Assembly (NCBI RefSeq): GCF_009914755.1
Contig: NC_060937.1
Source: the human T2T-CHM13v2.0 reference genome, Homo sapiens
Direction: 5' to 3' (one strand)
DNA: 64,000 nt
Position numbers and translations under genes: made by a program. Each line of letters starts with the position of its first letter. Positions within the stretch are counted from its first letter, which is position 1. Shown one piece after another: positions 43,650-59,200 of the stretch. The notes under the pieces are model-generated. The model had not been told where the DNA came from. It searched no databases and worked only from the letters and a program-made list of their open reading frames with translations.

Positions 43650-44200
43650 TTCAGCTCTCCTGTCTTAAATGCTAAATCTTACATCCATATTTCCAATCTG
43701 TCATGTCTTCCAAGATCAAGTCCCACTTTTCCAATATGTCTGCTATACATATATTTGCTTGTCCCTACTGACTCCCATTACATCTAGAGCTGAACTTTTA
43801 ACACTAGCTCTGCCCCCAGCCCATCGTAATAACTCAACTCCCAATGTGTTTAGATTGTCCTTTTCTGTAAGCAATCCCATTGTCACTTGAGCACAAAACC
43901 CCCACTCTTTCTCTCTTTCCCTTTATCTCACAAATGCCGACATTCATCAAGAATGATTAAATTTTCAATTGCAATATGAATCCAAGGCAAGTCTTACCTT
44001 GCATACTGCTACTTCCATGCTAGAACAGGCTTTCGTCACCACGGCAGTTTTCTTTTAAATACTGTTCCTGCATTTAGACTTTCCTTCCATTAATCTATTC
44101 TACTCAATGCTTCTAAACTAATCTACTCAATTTATCAAGTTGAGGGTACCACTGTCTTCATCAAAAGTCTTCAGTGTCCCCCTGTTGTCTTTTAAGCAAC
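43650..44200 (+). mobile_element. L2 fragment
   Basis: Pyrimidine-rich L2-like motifs (CTTCCATTAATCTATTCTAC, CAAAAGTCTTCAGTGTCCCCC). Confidence 0.5.
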
Positions 44201-44279
44201 CCCAAGTTGCATAATTTGTCACTTATCCATTTGTCCCGCCAGCCAGCCACTCAAAATTTATTGAGTGCCTACATGATTT

Positions 44280-44660
44280 TTTCCTTTGGATAACTGCCAC
44301 TCAGCTACTGGAGCTACTTGGCCCTTGCTTAAAAAGGTCGTGAAGTGCCTGGGAGTTTATTTCCCCTTGAGGTTTCCACTAACCAGTGACCGAAAGATAC
44401 TCACCAAAGTCCCAGATCCATAGTCTGGATTATAGTAGCTCTAAAGTTTAGTTTACACTCCAAAGTTTCCCTGTGGAATCAGGCTAAAGCTGTTCTCCTT
44501 GGGCTTTGCATGGCAATCACACTCTTGCCTGACTTCCTTCTCTTCCTTGCCCTGCTCCACTAATTGCCTTATTTATCTACCCTGGAGCCCTTCCTTAATA
44601 AATTATTTTCACGTGAATTTTTCTCTTAGGTTCTGCTTCTGGAAAATCCAAAGAAAACCA
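44280..44660 (+). mobile_element. LTR16-family ERVL solo LTR
   Basis: TTTCCCTGTGGAATCAGGCT...CTTCCTTAATAAATTATTTTCACGTGAAT...GGTTCTGCTTCTGG 3' signature. Confidence 0.65.
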
Positions 44661-45132
44661 CTTTTGTTAAGAACCAAACACATGATCGCTACTGTGAATG
44701 AACTCACGCTAAGTAGAAAAATAGACATGCAAGCCAACAATTTAAATTTTAATATGCTATAACAGTGGGATTTGCAAAGTCCTGTGAGATGAGGAAAGAA
44801 TAAACACCTACCTCAGGTGAGGGAAGTCAGACTGGAAAGTCTTCACCTAAAGTAATGTCTGATCTGAAATTCGGAGAATAATTTTTTTTTAGGCAGAAAT
44901 AAAAACTAGTTATAACAAATAGTGTGGGAAAAATTTAATGGTATAAGAACATGAAATTTTTCAGGAACTACACATAATGCAATTTATTATTATCAGAGAC
45001 AATATTTGATACAAGGGAGGGGGATGGAATTGGTTCTGATAGGTGAGTAACATGGCAGAAATGTGAATTCAAGATATTCTCTGAGTGTCGTAAAAAGAGC
45101 TTATCTAGTTTATCTGTCAAAGTTGGCAAACA

Positions 45133-45958
<826 letters not shown>

Positions 45959-46214
45959 CTAGGCTTTGGATCACCCTGCCAGTCACCAAATCCAATAGAT
46001 TTTTTTTTTTTTTTTTTACTTAATCAAGATAGCAGCATTTTACTTCCTTCTTCAGCTTCCTGTTGGATTGTTTTGCTAACTTTTGTACATTTTCCAAATT
46101 ATCCATGTTGACAATACATTATTCTTTTATTTGAAAGTGGAGTAGGGTAAAAATGAAATCATAGCGTATAGACAACTTACTAAAAATTATTGAGTTAATC
46201 AGAAAAAGCCTGTT

Positions 46215-46800
46215 GATAATCAATATGCATGTGAAAAAATGTCCAACCTCAATGATAACTTTTTTAAAAAAGTCAATTGAAACAGTAAGAATATCAGATT
46301 AACAAAAAATTTAGCTGTAAAACATTCAATTTGGGCAAAGATAGAGCAAAGAATCATGCTAATGAACTACCTGTGAGACTATAATAGGTCCAAATTTTTG
46401 AAGAGCGATTACAAATATCTGGCAGATTAAAATGCTCACTTCCTTTCATCCAGCAATGGCACCACTAATAATTTACACTAAGAATCAATCTAGATGACTA
46501 GATATAAAAATACTTATTACAGTATTATTTATAACAGCAAAAAAGTCCATTAATACAAACTCATGAGTTACATTATAAAATGACCATTCCATGGAATATT
46601 ATGCAGATGTTATAAAGGATATGTTAATACAAATGTGATCAATAAATATTGTGTTACAAAAAAAACAGTAGAAATCGAGTTTGTAGAGTATAATTTCATC
46701 ACCATATGATGAAAATATAGATACACGGAAAATTTCTGAAAGGATGCACCCAAAACTGCTAACATTATTTGCCACTGGGGCTTGAAAATGATAATTTGCT
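46215..46800 (+). mobile_element. Degraded L1ME-type 3' region
   Basis: GCATGTGAAAAAATGTCCAACCTCA, TTATTTATAACAGCAAAA, CATGGAATATTATGCAG. Confidence 0.65.
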
Positions 46801-46999
46801 CTTCTCATTTATTTTTTTCCCCAGGAACAACAGTAATTTGGCCATAAAATTAATGAAAAGAAAGAGGCATTAACAAGATAATGGAGGGACAGTGTTTAGT
46901 TTTTATGCTTGTGGAAGGAGGAGATAAGAAAACTTTATATAATTCTGTTGAAATAAAAATAAAATCCTTATGGTCAAAACTCTAAGAAAGGAAAGGTGC

Positions 47000-47096
47000 T
47001 TACAGATAGGAAAATAGAGGCTAATCCCACATCCCGGAAGTGTCAAACCAAGGACTAGAATTCAGATCTCTTGACCCTTGGCCCCAGTGCTCTTTC
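47000..47096 (-). mobile_element. MIR fragment
   Basis: TTACAGATAGGAAAATAGAGGCT...GGACTAGAATTCAGATCTCTTGAC...CCAGTGCTCTTT. Confidence 0.6.
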
Positions 47097-50000
47097 TTTG
47101 ATCCTAAGCAATAGCATATCTATGCCTAGAAAATCAAGCCAACTGAGGTGGAAAAGACCTCGGCCATTATTTCTGCTTTCTCTGAATATACAGGATTGAT
47201 TTTGAGTTCATAAATAAATAAGAAATGTTGAAGGGTTGTCCGTGGGACACTAAAGTTTCACTGTATTCTGAACCGGAATATCTTAATTCAATACCATTGC
47301 TCTAAAAGGATGCTTTCTCAAGCACTGAAAATTATGGTTCCATTTATGTCCCTAATTTAAGGGAAGAGACATTTTGAATTGGAGGCAAATAAACTATGTT
47401 GTAACACTTCAAAGCTTAGTCAGGAGGCTTATACCAAATGCCTTATGTGTACTTGTGGTTTTTGTATTCTGACCCTGAATGTATTTCACACATAAGGTGA
47501 TATGTCTCCAATAATTTTCCTCCTACGTACGGTATAAATGAAATATTAGCACATATTATCTGGCACCCCACCAACTGATTAGTTTGTTGTTATAAAGTGC
47601 AAATGCCCTGTGATATAAAATTCCAAGCATTACTCTACTGAAAATGAGAAGGCATCACTAGCATGTGAGTGAAAAGAATATTATGTGCTTCCCTTTTCTA
47701 TATGTTAGAATTGCTTTATATTGAAAAAATAAGTTACATAAAATACCAACCCAAAGCTTGTAAATTACTTTATCCATCTACTTCTAGGAAATTACAAAGA
47801 ACAAATTTCATTATTTTAGCATAACAGGGATGGATTTTCTTTTGTGATATTGAATATATTAACAATGGATTTTTTTCCCTAGTGTTGTTTAGGATACTTC
47901 CTGCAATGCCTCATTCAAATTGTCAGTGATTTTTACTGTGTATTGTAAATGATACATAGCCACTGTATATAAACATTTGCTGAATTCAAGATTGCTAAGT
48001 TAAGAAACTGGAGTAAATAAAATGGAAACAGGAAATCAGTGAATATTTAAGGATATAATCTGGCAATTGCATGTTTCTGCTGGCTTTTCATAATATAACA
48101 AACCATGTTTTTTGTTCTAATTAAAAAAATGCTATCAATAATAAAAATGCTAATTATACATAATCAATATGTTTATACATAGATCAATTCTGACAAATGT
48201 TCTAATTTCAGTTTAGTAAATTGATGTGTAAATATACTTTGTAAGACAGGCAATTTTATAAGAAGATTAGTAGACTAGTGAATTAAAATTTCCATTTCCT
48301 ATGCTGCAGAGCACTTTTAATGCAATTTGAAGGGAGAACATTAGTGCTCAGCATTTATAATTTATCATTTGACATTTGGACTAAAAACTCTAAGTGTATA
48401 GAAGAATTACATATATTTCTTAAATTTCCAGTACTGCACATGCTACCATAATGCAGACTTTTACAAGGAGATTAGTGTAATTCAATGGTTTATCACAAAT
48501 ATTTCCAAGAGGAGCTATATTGTGGACCTTATATTCCCCTCATAGTTGCTTCAGGAAGGGATCTCATTTGTCACTCCTTCTCGGCATTTGGTTCTATTCC
48601 ATTCTTAACTGAAAATAGGGAAAAATGCCACCCTATACTGAAGCATTTCAACAGAATTGGAAACATTATGCATAATTTTCAATAGATGAGGGTATACATT
48701 TCAAACTATTCACAAAAAAAGATATTTTTGGCCAAAATTTGGTTGAGATTTGTTGAAAGGAAGTACCTCTCTGATCTACTGTTTTTTAGAACTGTCTGGG
48801 TTTCGAGGTCTTAAACAGAGGCATGCATGTGCACGCATGTGTGTCTGTGTGTGTACGGAAATGTACTATGTCCATAAAAATGCCACTGTTGGTGTTTCCA
48901 AAATGAAGCTACTAAAAAGAGAGGATTGGTGTCATCTAGAGAGGGAGACGAATTGGAGGACTGATAATGCAGAGAGTGCTTGGAAAATAAAACAATGGAA
49001 AAGAGGCCACAGTTTGGACCAGAAACAATTATCTGATCACCAAAAAAGAGAGGAGAGAGAAAAAGACACAGCAAAATACGGTCAGAGAGACAAGAAGAGA
49101 ACAACCAAACAGTATATTTGGCACTGTAAGGAGTAAAAGATTGAGAGATTTTTTCCCCTTTCTATTCATGGGTTATGAAATTGAGGTTTTCTGTGTAATT
49201 AAGAAAGGATGGATCTTAGTGAAGGGCATATTGTCATCTATGAGAGAGCTGCGAGAAGTGTAGGGAAGATTGGAGAAGATGGCTGACATTGCTGCTTTGG
49301 GGTACTTGCTCTAAAACTTCTGCCATTCAGCCGTGCAGATGAGGTGAACAGGTATTTGCGGACACGCTTGACTCTTGATCACATGTATTAATAAGACATA
49401 TTACATTTTTTAAAAATTATATCATAATTCATGTGTTGAGCAGGATATAGCTCAACAATGACTATTCAGCAACTTTACCTAAAAGCCAGTTCATAAGTTA
49501 TTCTATAATTGTTGTTAACCTGGTGGGCATATTTTCTAGGGATTTCAAGTGAGCAAAAATTGTCAAAAACTAAAATCCGTCAGGAGTAATGTCTGCTTTG
49601 CCTATGAATCCTAGACACACTAAAGAGGTATTTAACATTTTAGTTAGAGCTATAAATGCTTTAAAATTTAAAAATATCTTTTCTTTAAACTTTGGTTTCA
49701 TTTTCTTAGGCATTTGTTCAAATATACATATGTGTGAATGTATGTGATTTTTAGACCATAAAATACTTTGAAATTGTTAAATAAATGTTTGCTAATAATA
49801 TATTTCATTATGGAAAAATTTTAGGATTCCTTTTGCTCTCAGTATTGACTATTGTCATTGTAGAAGTTCTGATAATATGATATTTATATAAGGACTCTGA
49901 GTTCAAATGCATCATCCTAAGGCAGTGAAAACATATTTTCCTCTTCCCATTTTATATTTATGCATAACAGAAATGGGAAGACTAAAAGATTTCATTATCA

Positions 50001-51399
50001 CAATTTTGGAGGGCAGAGAAAGTACCAACAATCTGCATTTCCAGGCTAAGTTTAAGCTATTTAGAAGCCAAACCTTCTCACTATTCAGTTGGAATATCAC
50101 ATTCAGCAAGAGAATGTTTCAGTTTTTTTCATAGCTATGTTTAACTTTAAATAAGAGATTACATAATTAATGCTAAAATTGCCTGTGACTTATATTCCTT
50201 AAGGTTTTCTATTCTTTCTTAGCTTAAGTCATGATTTTTATTTTCATTGTTGTCATTGTTATTTTTCTTTTCATAGAAAAGTACTACTTAGCTCTATAAT
50301 CTTTTATTTGACATTAAGGGAAAAATACTTTTGACACAGCAAAAATATGCTTGAATAAGTCTGTGGTCTTCTGTAACGGTTTAACCTTATATAGTTGTAT
50401 TTTTTACATTTTAAATAATAATGATTACATAAACTTTATCCAAAAATTGTTATAATTATTGAGATTAATTTTGAATCAATTACAAAGTTTTTAAATAAAT
50501 GTTATTTGCAGTGTTTATAAGTCAGAAAACAAATGAAAAGATTAATGGTTATATATCAATAATTGCTTATAGTGTAAATGAAACCATTTGTTAATTTCTA
50601 GAAATTTATTGCATATTTGATTCTACTTTCCAGGCAATATTCCCATGTAAGTTTGTCTTCATTTTAATAAAATTGTCCCCAGAAAAATAATACTACTATA
50701 ATTTGAATATACAAAAAATTCAAATAATGACTCCATATATGCTCAGTAAGTTTAATGTTCTAACTTTAATCACACCAAAGACTTCTTATATTAATATAAT
50801 TTTGTATATATGCAGGGGTTTCATTTCTGTATGTAATCAAGAACTCCGCTAAGCTGTTTATCCTCTCCATGTTCCTCCAGAACATTCTGCCTTAAAGATC
50901 TAATTTATGGTTACTTCCTACTCCATTTTTTTATTTCACCATGACTATGCATCTCATTTACATTTTATTTCCTGGTCTTTCCTCCTCTCTCTACTCAAAA
51001 ACTACCCAGAGAGCATGACAGCAGCCTTGTCTTGACTTACACACCTTACACACACATACACTTACTTTCACAAATATGTGACAAGGAGAACAGTGATGCT
51101 ACATTTATATTATTCTTGACAGATGAAACTGAGCACCTGTTTGCTGTATATCGTCGGCTTGGCCAATGTCAGGTGGATGCTGCCCAGATGTCCTTTGTTC
51201 ATCTAGAAACATGGAGCCATGATGGCTACCTCACTTTCCTCACACCCTAAACCGAATTGTCCCCAGGTCCCAATCAGCAGTTGAATCCATTTCCTTTCCT
51301 TCATTTTCCTTTCTGCTACCCAGGCATTTGTCCTCTTGGAAAGCAAGACAAAGTCTTCCTGCCTCATGCTTAATCTGCTCCAGTGGCATTAGCCTACAC

Positions 51400-51780
51400 T
51401 CATTCCTCAGAGAGAACAGATCCTTCCTAACTCAGAATTGCACACAAGGCACCTACTCAGGAGTCCTCTCCATTCTACTCCACCCCATGTCCCTTCATAG
51501 TCAATAGCCATAGGCTTTAGTCTAGAGTGACACCTCTGGGACAATGTACCGGAATCCCTAGACAAGGATCTTTGTTATTTGCCGTCACACAATCTATGTT
51601 TTTCTACATTTATACCAATAATTTTTGTTTAAATAATTTTTAATATTTTAGTCCCTCTCCTCTTAACATATAAACTCCTAAAAATCAATGGGTTGCTCAC
51701 TACGGATTTCCAGCGCCTAGCACAGTCCTTAGCATATGGCTGGAACTCACTGAATTTCAGCTTTATAAAGAAATGAATTA
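51400..51780 (+). mobile_element. L2 3' fragment
   Basis: CCAGCGCCTAGCACAGTCCTTAGCATATGG 3' end motif. Confidence 0.6.
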
Positions 51781-53940
51781 ATGGCTGTTGTACGCATGTG
51801 TGAGGAGCCATGTGGAATGTAAATGGCAGCATACCAATGTGTAAAGTTGTCAGAATCAAGGAAATGGAGCTAAATTGGGAGCCAGAAAGCTAATCCATAT
51901 GGATGCCAAGGAGACGAGGCTTGAGACACAGAGCAGTGATCAATGTGAGGCATCCAAAGGCTAGGGAAGTCCCACAGAAACACAGGAGATGATTCAAAGA
52001 ACCCTTGGTTGTCCTGAAACATTGCTTTTATTCATGGGCTAGAGGACTTTCTTGGCAGAGGGCTGAAGACAAGTGCATGCAAAAGTAGTTTCTCTAAATG
52101 TCTCACCAGCTTGTGTTTTGAATGTATAATTCCAGAACTATATATCAGCCATCTCTCAGTGCTGTTCAGTTCTTTTCATCCTGCTAAATCTTTTCCATAT
52201 CTCTATTTAGATGATTTCTCATTCTTTCCATCTGAGACTGAACTAATGGCACAAAGTTGGTGTTTCCATGTGGGGATGTTACTAAGAAGAGTAGATAGGG
52301 TCTAGTTAGCAAAAACAGACCATAGAATTTTTTTAAAGTCTGCCCAGCATTTAAGAAGATATCAGCCTGTTCTCCAAGTGTCCAGTCCTATCTCTTGTGT
52401 CTACAAGCCTTTAGCCTTTTTCTTTTTCTAAGGATAAGCTCTCACTTTTCAAATTCTGTGTGACATTCTTAAGGCCACATACATAAACACATTTTCATCT
52501 ATTCCACCTTGCAGTCCTGGAGCAGTAACATGACTACTTTTTGTGGCAAAAAGGCTGCTCCTTGGTCTGATCTGCATTTTCCAGGGAACTTGCTTGGCAG
52601 CCTACGATCCATCAAATTTTCCCCTTAGTAAATCTCAGAAAAAGATCACCCGTAAGCATAATAGTACAGGGGTAGTCTGAAGTTTGACTAATATTTTAGA
52701 GTGCTGTAGATCCTAAGATGAAAGCAGTAAGAAAGTTGAAAAAATAATATTATTTATTCAACAGACATGCTAGAAATCTCAGAGCTTCCCTAGTCACTAT
52801 TTTCTGTCCTGTGCATGTGACATAAAACTCTGCAAAATCAGAACTGAGTTCTCTGTAAAAAAAACATTCCGAAATAAACAAGACCAGCCTTGAAGGGAAG
52901 GCCTTGTAATCCATGGTTTATTCTCCTTTTCTTGTTATGGCCAATGGCAGCACCTAGATTAGAGTAGGTGCTCAGCCATGGATTCACTGAAATAATGCTT
53001 TAAAAGTATACATAATTCACAGAAATCCTCTGCGCTTTCAATTACAATGAAACCATCTATCCATTACTCCAAAATGTGTGAATATTAATCATTCTATTTT
53101 TCTAGCTTTTCTGCATTTGTGATCCCTTTGTACTATTTTTTCTGTTAGGAAACAGTCAAGAAAACTGAAACCATGGTAGTAGGTATTTTAAAGAGGGAAT
53201 AGGTTACCACATGTTAGAAGGCTCTAGAAGTTCTTGAGCAGCAGTAATTATGGACATAAGTTTACCTTAAATGGGCAGAATTCAGATAGATAACAACAAC
53301 GAAAAGAGACTGTGGTTATTCACAGTGGGCTAATTTGTGTGGGAAAAATAAGTAGGTATAAATCTGTATATTCCAGTATCTGTGAGACAACAAAAATGGG
53401 AAATTATTTTTCTGAGTTAGTTGGGTAAAGTTTAAAAGGGTTGTGCTTTGTCCTGTAGACGATTGAGAGTGGTTTCCATATTTAAAAAGGATAAATAAAC
53501 TGTTCTGTGTGCAGGGTGGATTAGAAATGGAAGACATTGGAAGCAGAGAGAAGTTAAGGGAGAACGTTGACATTATCTTAAAGTGTTAAGAACCTGAACA
53601 AAACTCATTGCAAAATCATTGCCAGGGAATATAGTGCAGGGCCATTGACTGACTCTAGTAGTGAATGAGGACAACTCACAGAGAGAAATCTGACAATCCA
53701 TGTTTAGCAGAGGGAAGGAAGCCAGGAATAGTTATTAATAAGTTCCAGACTTCAGTTTTGTTGGGTATTTTTTTTACTCCCAGCGAGCTAAATTTGACAA
53801 CAATGTAGCTCAATTTCTCCCAACCTCATTTTGTTAATCTCTACAATCTTGCCCCAGAAAAGCCATTTGTACCCCAGCTCAGAAAATTATGTATTAATTT
53901 GTCTTCACAAGATTGCAAAATTTTCAAAACTGTCTGTTCA

Positions 53941-54700
53941 TGATAATTAGAGAAATACAAATCAAGACCACAGTAAGATACCATCTTATACCAGCCAGAA
54001 TGGCTGTTATTAAAAAGTCAAAAAATAACAGATGATGGCAAAGTTGTGAAGAAAAAGGAATGCTTATACACTGTTGGTGGGAGTGTAAATTAGTTCAGCC
54101 ATTTTGGAAGACAATGTGGCAATTCCTCAAAAACCTAGAGACAGAAATAGCATTTGACCCAGCAATCCCATACTGGGTATATACTCAAAGGAATATAAAT
54201 CATTATATTATAAAGACATATGCATGCATATGCTCACTGCAGCACTATTCACAATAGCAAAGACATAGAACCAACCAAAATGGAAATCAGTGACACACTG
54301 GATCAAGAAAATGTGGTACATATACACCATGGAATACTATGCAGCTATAAAAAGGAACAGAGACCATGTCTTTTGCAGGGACATGGATGGAGCTGGAGGC
54401 CATTATCCTTAGCAAACTAACATAGGAAGAGAAAACCAAACACCGCATGTTCTCATTTATAAGTGGGAGCTAAAGGATGAGAACACATGGACACATAGAG
54501 GGGAATAACACACACTGGAGACTTTCAGAGAGTAGAGGCAGGGAGAAGGGAGATCATGAGGAAAAATAACTAATGGGTGATAGGCTTGATATCTGGATGA
54601 TGAAATAATCTGTACCACAAACCCCCATGACACAAGTTTACCTGTGTAACACACCTGCACTTGTACCCCCGAACCTAAAATAAAAGTTTAAAAAGAAAGC
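53941..54700 (+). mobile_element. 5'-truncated L1PA13-16-type element
   Basis: ORF2-like [36 protein letters not shown]; 3' UTR GATGAAATAATCTGTACCACAAACCCCCATGACACAAGTTTACC...AAATAAAAGTT. Confidence 0.92.
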
Positions 54701-54879
54701 AAAAAAACTCAACTTTAAAGTAGCTCAATAAGTTTTATATTGATATCAACTTTAAATAATTTTTTATGCATGACATAATATGTTATTAAAATTCATTTAC
54801 CTTTTTAAAAAAAGAATGCAAGATTTTAGCAGAGTTTTCAACAACAATGTTATATTTAACAAGAGATAAATATCTCTGA

Positions 54880-55207
<328 letters not shown>

Positions 55208-56166
55208 AAAATGAATTAGTCTTAATTGTGTTCTATTCGTTTGTTTTTCCTGCATTTTCATTTCATTTCATTTCACTTTGATGAACCAACAGAAATACCT
55301 GATGGAATACAGTGACAGCTTGAAAATCTATCATTCCACAGTAGATAAAATAATATGTGAAAGTAATGAGAATTTATTAATTCTTCTAAAATCAAAATTT
55401 AAAGACATACCACTGACCCTTTGTTAAAATAGCTTACAGAACAGAAATCTTAGAAAATGGGTATTAGAGTTTCAGAAAGCTAGTCATGTTAAAAAACACT
55501 TTTCAAATCAAGGCTAGCTACCTCATAAATAATGGAATGAAGGAACTACTTATAAAACCAAGGTTCCATTTTCAATTGTAAAAAAATGTTGATATTAAAA
55601 TAGAGTAAAATAAACATTAATTTAAAATATTTTTTCTGCTCACTTCCAGAAGGTGGAACATAAACCACTTAAGGGACCTATTTCAGCCCCACTAAAGCAA
55701 ATGGCAAATATTGAAACTGGATTACCAAATCTATGCCTTCCATTTGATTGGCCGTGTAACTTTTTGTTTTGTGCATGGATAATGGCTTTTCTCCTTCAGT
55801 AACCCAAAGGAAAAGCTGACATTCTAACCTGGAGCTGCACATTCAAGCTTTGACACGTTCCTCTCACTGGGTTCATCTAATGCTTGTAACAAGCCTATAC
55901 AGTCAGCAACTTTAGAAAGATGGGTTGAAGAAGTGTCTTTATCATACTTTGAATTTTTCCCTGGGGCACTTGGCAGAGTCATCTCTGGTGTTTCAAGTGT
56001 GCTTAAAAGTTATCTGGCTGCCCTCTTAGAAGTTTGCATAAAAACTGCTTTACTTAAAAGCAGACAAAATTAAGGTTTCTGTAACAAAATCATAGGAATA
56101 GCATCGAGATAGGACAAAGACCAAATATCCTGTTTCCATGTGGCAGGGAAATAATGAAATCAAAAA

Positions 56167-56260
56167 TCCATGAATTCTTGCTTCATGAAGCAGGAGCTTC
56201 ATGAAGCTCTTCTTGAAGCAGGAGCTTCATGAAGCTCTTCTTGAAGCAAGAGCTCATGGA
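56167..56260. repeat. Palindromic 28-bp tandem repeat inside an inverted repeat
   Basis: TGAAGCAGGAGCTTCATGAAGCTCTTCT x2 plus a partial third copy; outer arms match 17/19 as inverted repeats. Confidence 0.93.
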
Positions 56261-59200
56261 GTGGCATATCATCATACCATTATTAATAGAGGACATTGCT
56301 AATTTCTAGAAGGGCTTCATGTCCTGATTATTTTATCTTCTTCTTTCTGTTGAATTTTTAACATCTATGTCTACTGCAAAGTACACAAAGGAAATAAATT
56401 AGAACTTAGAAAAGGGCTTTTTCACAACCTCAAATTATAGATATATTTCTTTCAGAACCTCACTTTAGAGAGAAAATAGCAAAAATTCAGCATCATCACT
56501 TTTGTGACACTTCACTAACCAATCAAAATATAGAAAAAAAGAGAAATTAAGTACATTTGTATTCACTGTACATTTTTAGCTATTTGTTTAGAAGAAAAAC
56601 AATTAGCTTATTTAAAAACCCTAAGGTGAGTATGCAGTTTTTATTGTTATCTTTGCTGTTTTGAGTTATATTTTTATTTTTGTATGTATAAAACCAGTAA
56701 ATAAACCTATGTCAAATACTTCTTTACTTTTGATACTAGTACAAAATATTGATGACTTTTTTAGATAGGAATATCTGATATATATCTTTCAGAAATTATC
56801 AGAGAGTTATAAAATAATATTTGGGAGGTAAGGAACACACTAGACATAAGAAACCTGTATAGGCAAATACTTTGTCACCAAAGTTGTATATTTAAAAGTT
56901 AAATCCTATTCTTTAATTTGTCTCTTACCAATTCAAAATTAATTCATTAGAAAGCAATTTTCCTCAACACTTAATCCCTAGTTGTTCATTTCTTTCACTA
57001 GCTAGTATACCATTGCTCATTGCTTCATAGCTAAACTCTGTTTAAATCTGTTAACTGAAATGATTTTTAAAACTTTTTGTCCATTTTTCACCTATTCCGT
57101 TTGACATTGGTCTTGTATGATATCATGATACAAAGGAAAATGACCCTACAATGATATGATTCATAATTCCACCACAAATTTCCTTGATGCTTGGAAAGTG
57201 TGATTAATGTATTTTGTCCCCCTCCTTTTTTTTTTAACTATAAAGCAAGTACGTGTACAACAATGCCATTTTTTCAACTCCAAATAAATAGAAACAGCTA
57301 TAGGACTAAAGTTTCTTATATGAATCTTATAGTTTACTTAGCACGTGCTTTAATAAAGTTTCCTCTCCAGGAAACTAGAAAATTGTAAATGGTGTAAGTC
57401 TTGATGTTTTGTCAAAAACATATGTAATATTCATATAGCAGAGCTTTGGTCTTATGCCATGAACAAGCAGGAGGTGCTTCTGGAACTGTCCTATTGATTT
57501 TCACACATTATTTATTAGAAATGACTGCTGCCATTCCCACATAGTGCTAAGTGTGAACACTTACTGTATGTATGTGGTCTCAATATTATTTTGTTGTTCA
57601 CAAAACCACGTATATCCTCCCATCGAAATATTGTCCTCATCTTAAAAGTAAATGGCACTATTTTATTCAATGGTTTATATTTTGGAATCCTAACCAGATA
57701 TTTTTTGCCATGAATTTCAAGCACTGCATTACTTCCAACGACATGCTATGGCTATAAGGAAATTATATCAAACATGAGTAAATTTTGTTGACCAAGACTA
57801 TAGATGTAGCAATACCATTATATAACAGACATTGATGGTTGGTGAAAATTACCCCCAAATGTCCAATGCCATGAGTATAATTTGAATAGCTCTTAGTTTA
57901 GTTTCTATTAATATTATATGAAGGTCATTTGTAAGCCTGCAGACATAATTCATAGAATATACTACTCAGATATTTGGGAATGTACTACTTAAGTATTTGG
58001 ATATATTTAATTCCAAATATATCTCTACTGTGATTTTTTTAGGAGATACAATTGCCATCACAGTAAGATATTGCTGATTCAGATGAAATTTTTAATTAAC
58101 TAGAAAAGTCAAAGAATGCAATTCTTTTTCAAGATTTCTTCAAATAAAGAAACACGCAAAATTAGGCTGTGGTTCTGTGAATAACAATAAGAAGTATGGA
58201 GTCAGGCAAACCTCAGGTTCAGTCACAGTTCGACTCGACTGTTAAGTAGATAATAATGCTAAGGGTGTGTTTTTGTTCTCTTAGGTTTGTGGAGACAGGT
58301 AGCATTCCACAGACCGACATTGAGCCTACCCCACGACTATTCAACCTGCCCATTATTGGGTAGCTTTCATATAATCAGTTAGAAAGAAAACATCTATGAA
58401 AACTATTTACTAAAGAATTATATCTTTTAATTAAGAGTACCGAACATGGTCAAGTTAGAGAACAATTGAGTAGAAACCTTCTATTCAAATATAATTGAGA
58501 CCAGTTGTTTGATACTTAATCTAAAAAGTGAGTTAAGGAGGAGGATCATGGGGTTAAAAATACACACACACACACAAATGTAAATTAATTGGCCAATATT
58601 TTGATATAAGTCCAGGACCCTTTGATTATCACTCTATTAACTGGAGTTTCTATACATTGTCTTCTTTGTATAAATTATGATCATAACAAGTCAATTATAA
58701 TTCTAAATTTTTATTTGTTTAAAGTAGAACAAAAACTTAAAGTAATTGAAGTACGAAAACCTTTAACTTATTAAAATTTTGTTATTCTGATTATTCTAAT
58801 TTTACAATTTATTCTTAAAAATTTTACAGTTGCTTAGCCCTCATATTAATCAACTTAGCTTTTTCTAATCTTTTCAAGACCCAACATATTTTTACATAAA
58901 TAGCACCACTCTTTTATAATCACATCACTAATTTTATTTATGTCACAAAAGACTAACTTGAATACAACCTAAACAAACTGGCTGGTGGATAAATTAACAT
59001 AATGCCAAGTTGAGGCAGCAGACTAGGCATAATAGAAAACACACTGTTATTTTACAGGGAGAATGTACAGTGTCAGTTCATTCAACAAGTTAGTTAAACA
59101 CAACTCAACTAAAACAATGTCAATGAAAAGTAACAAATTCTGTGTTTGTTCCATGGACTTACAGCCAGTGAGTCCTGAGAAAGAAGAGATAATTTAAAGA

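Noticed and set aside
48750-49136. 128-aa ORF
   Set aside because: It has a non-ATG start, runs through a GT-rich repeat and purine-rich low complexity, and has no recognisable domain.
56167-56260. CRISPR-like array of palindromic 28-bp repeats
   Set aside because: The repeats are directly adjacent with no unique spacers, there are no cas genes, and the context is eukaryotic.
58270-58365. Possible exon after the acceptor-like TTTTTGTTCTCTTAG
   Set aside because: The donors are weak and there is no recognisable peptide; such motifs are common by chance. The same applies to candidates near 10598 and 56625.
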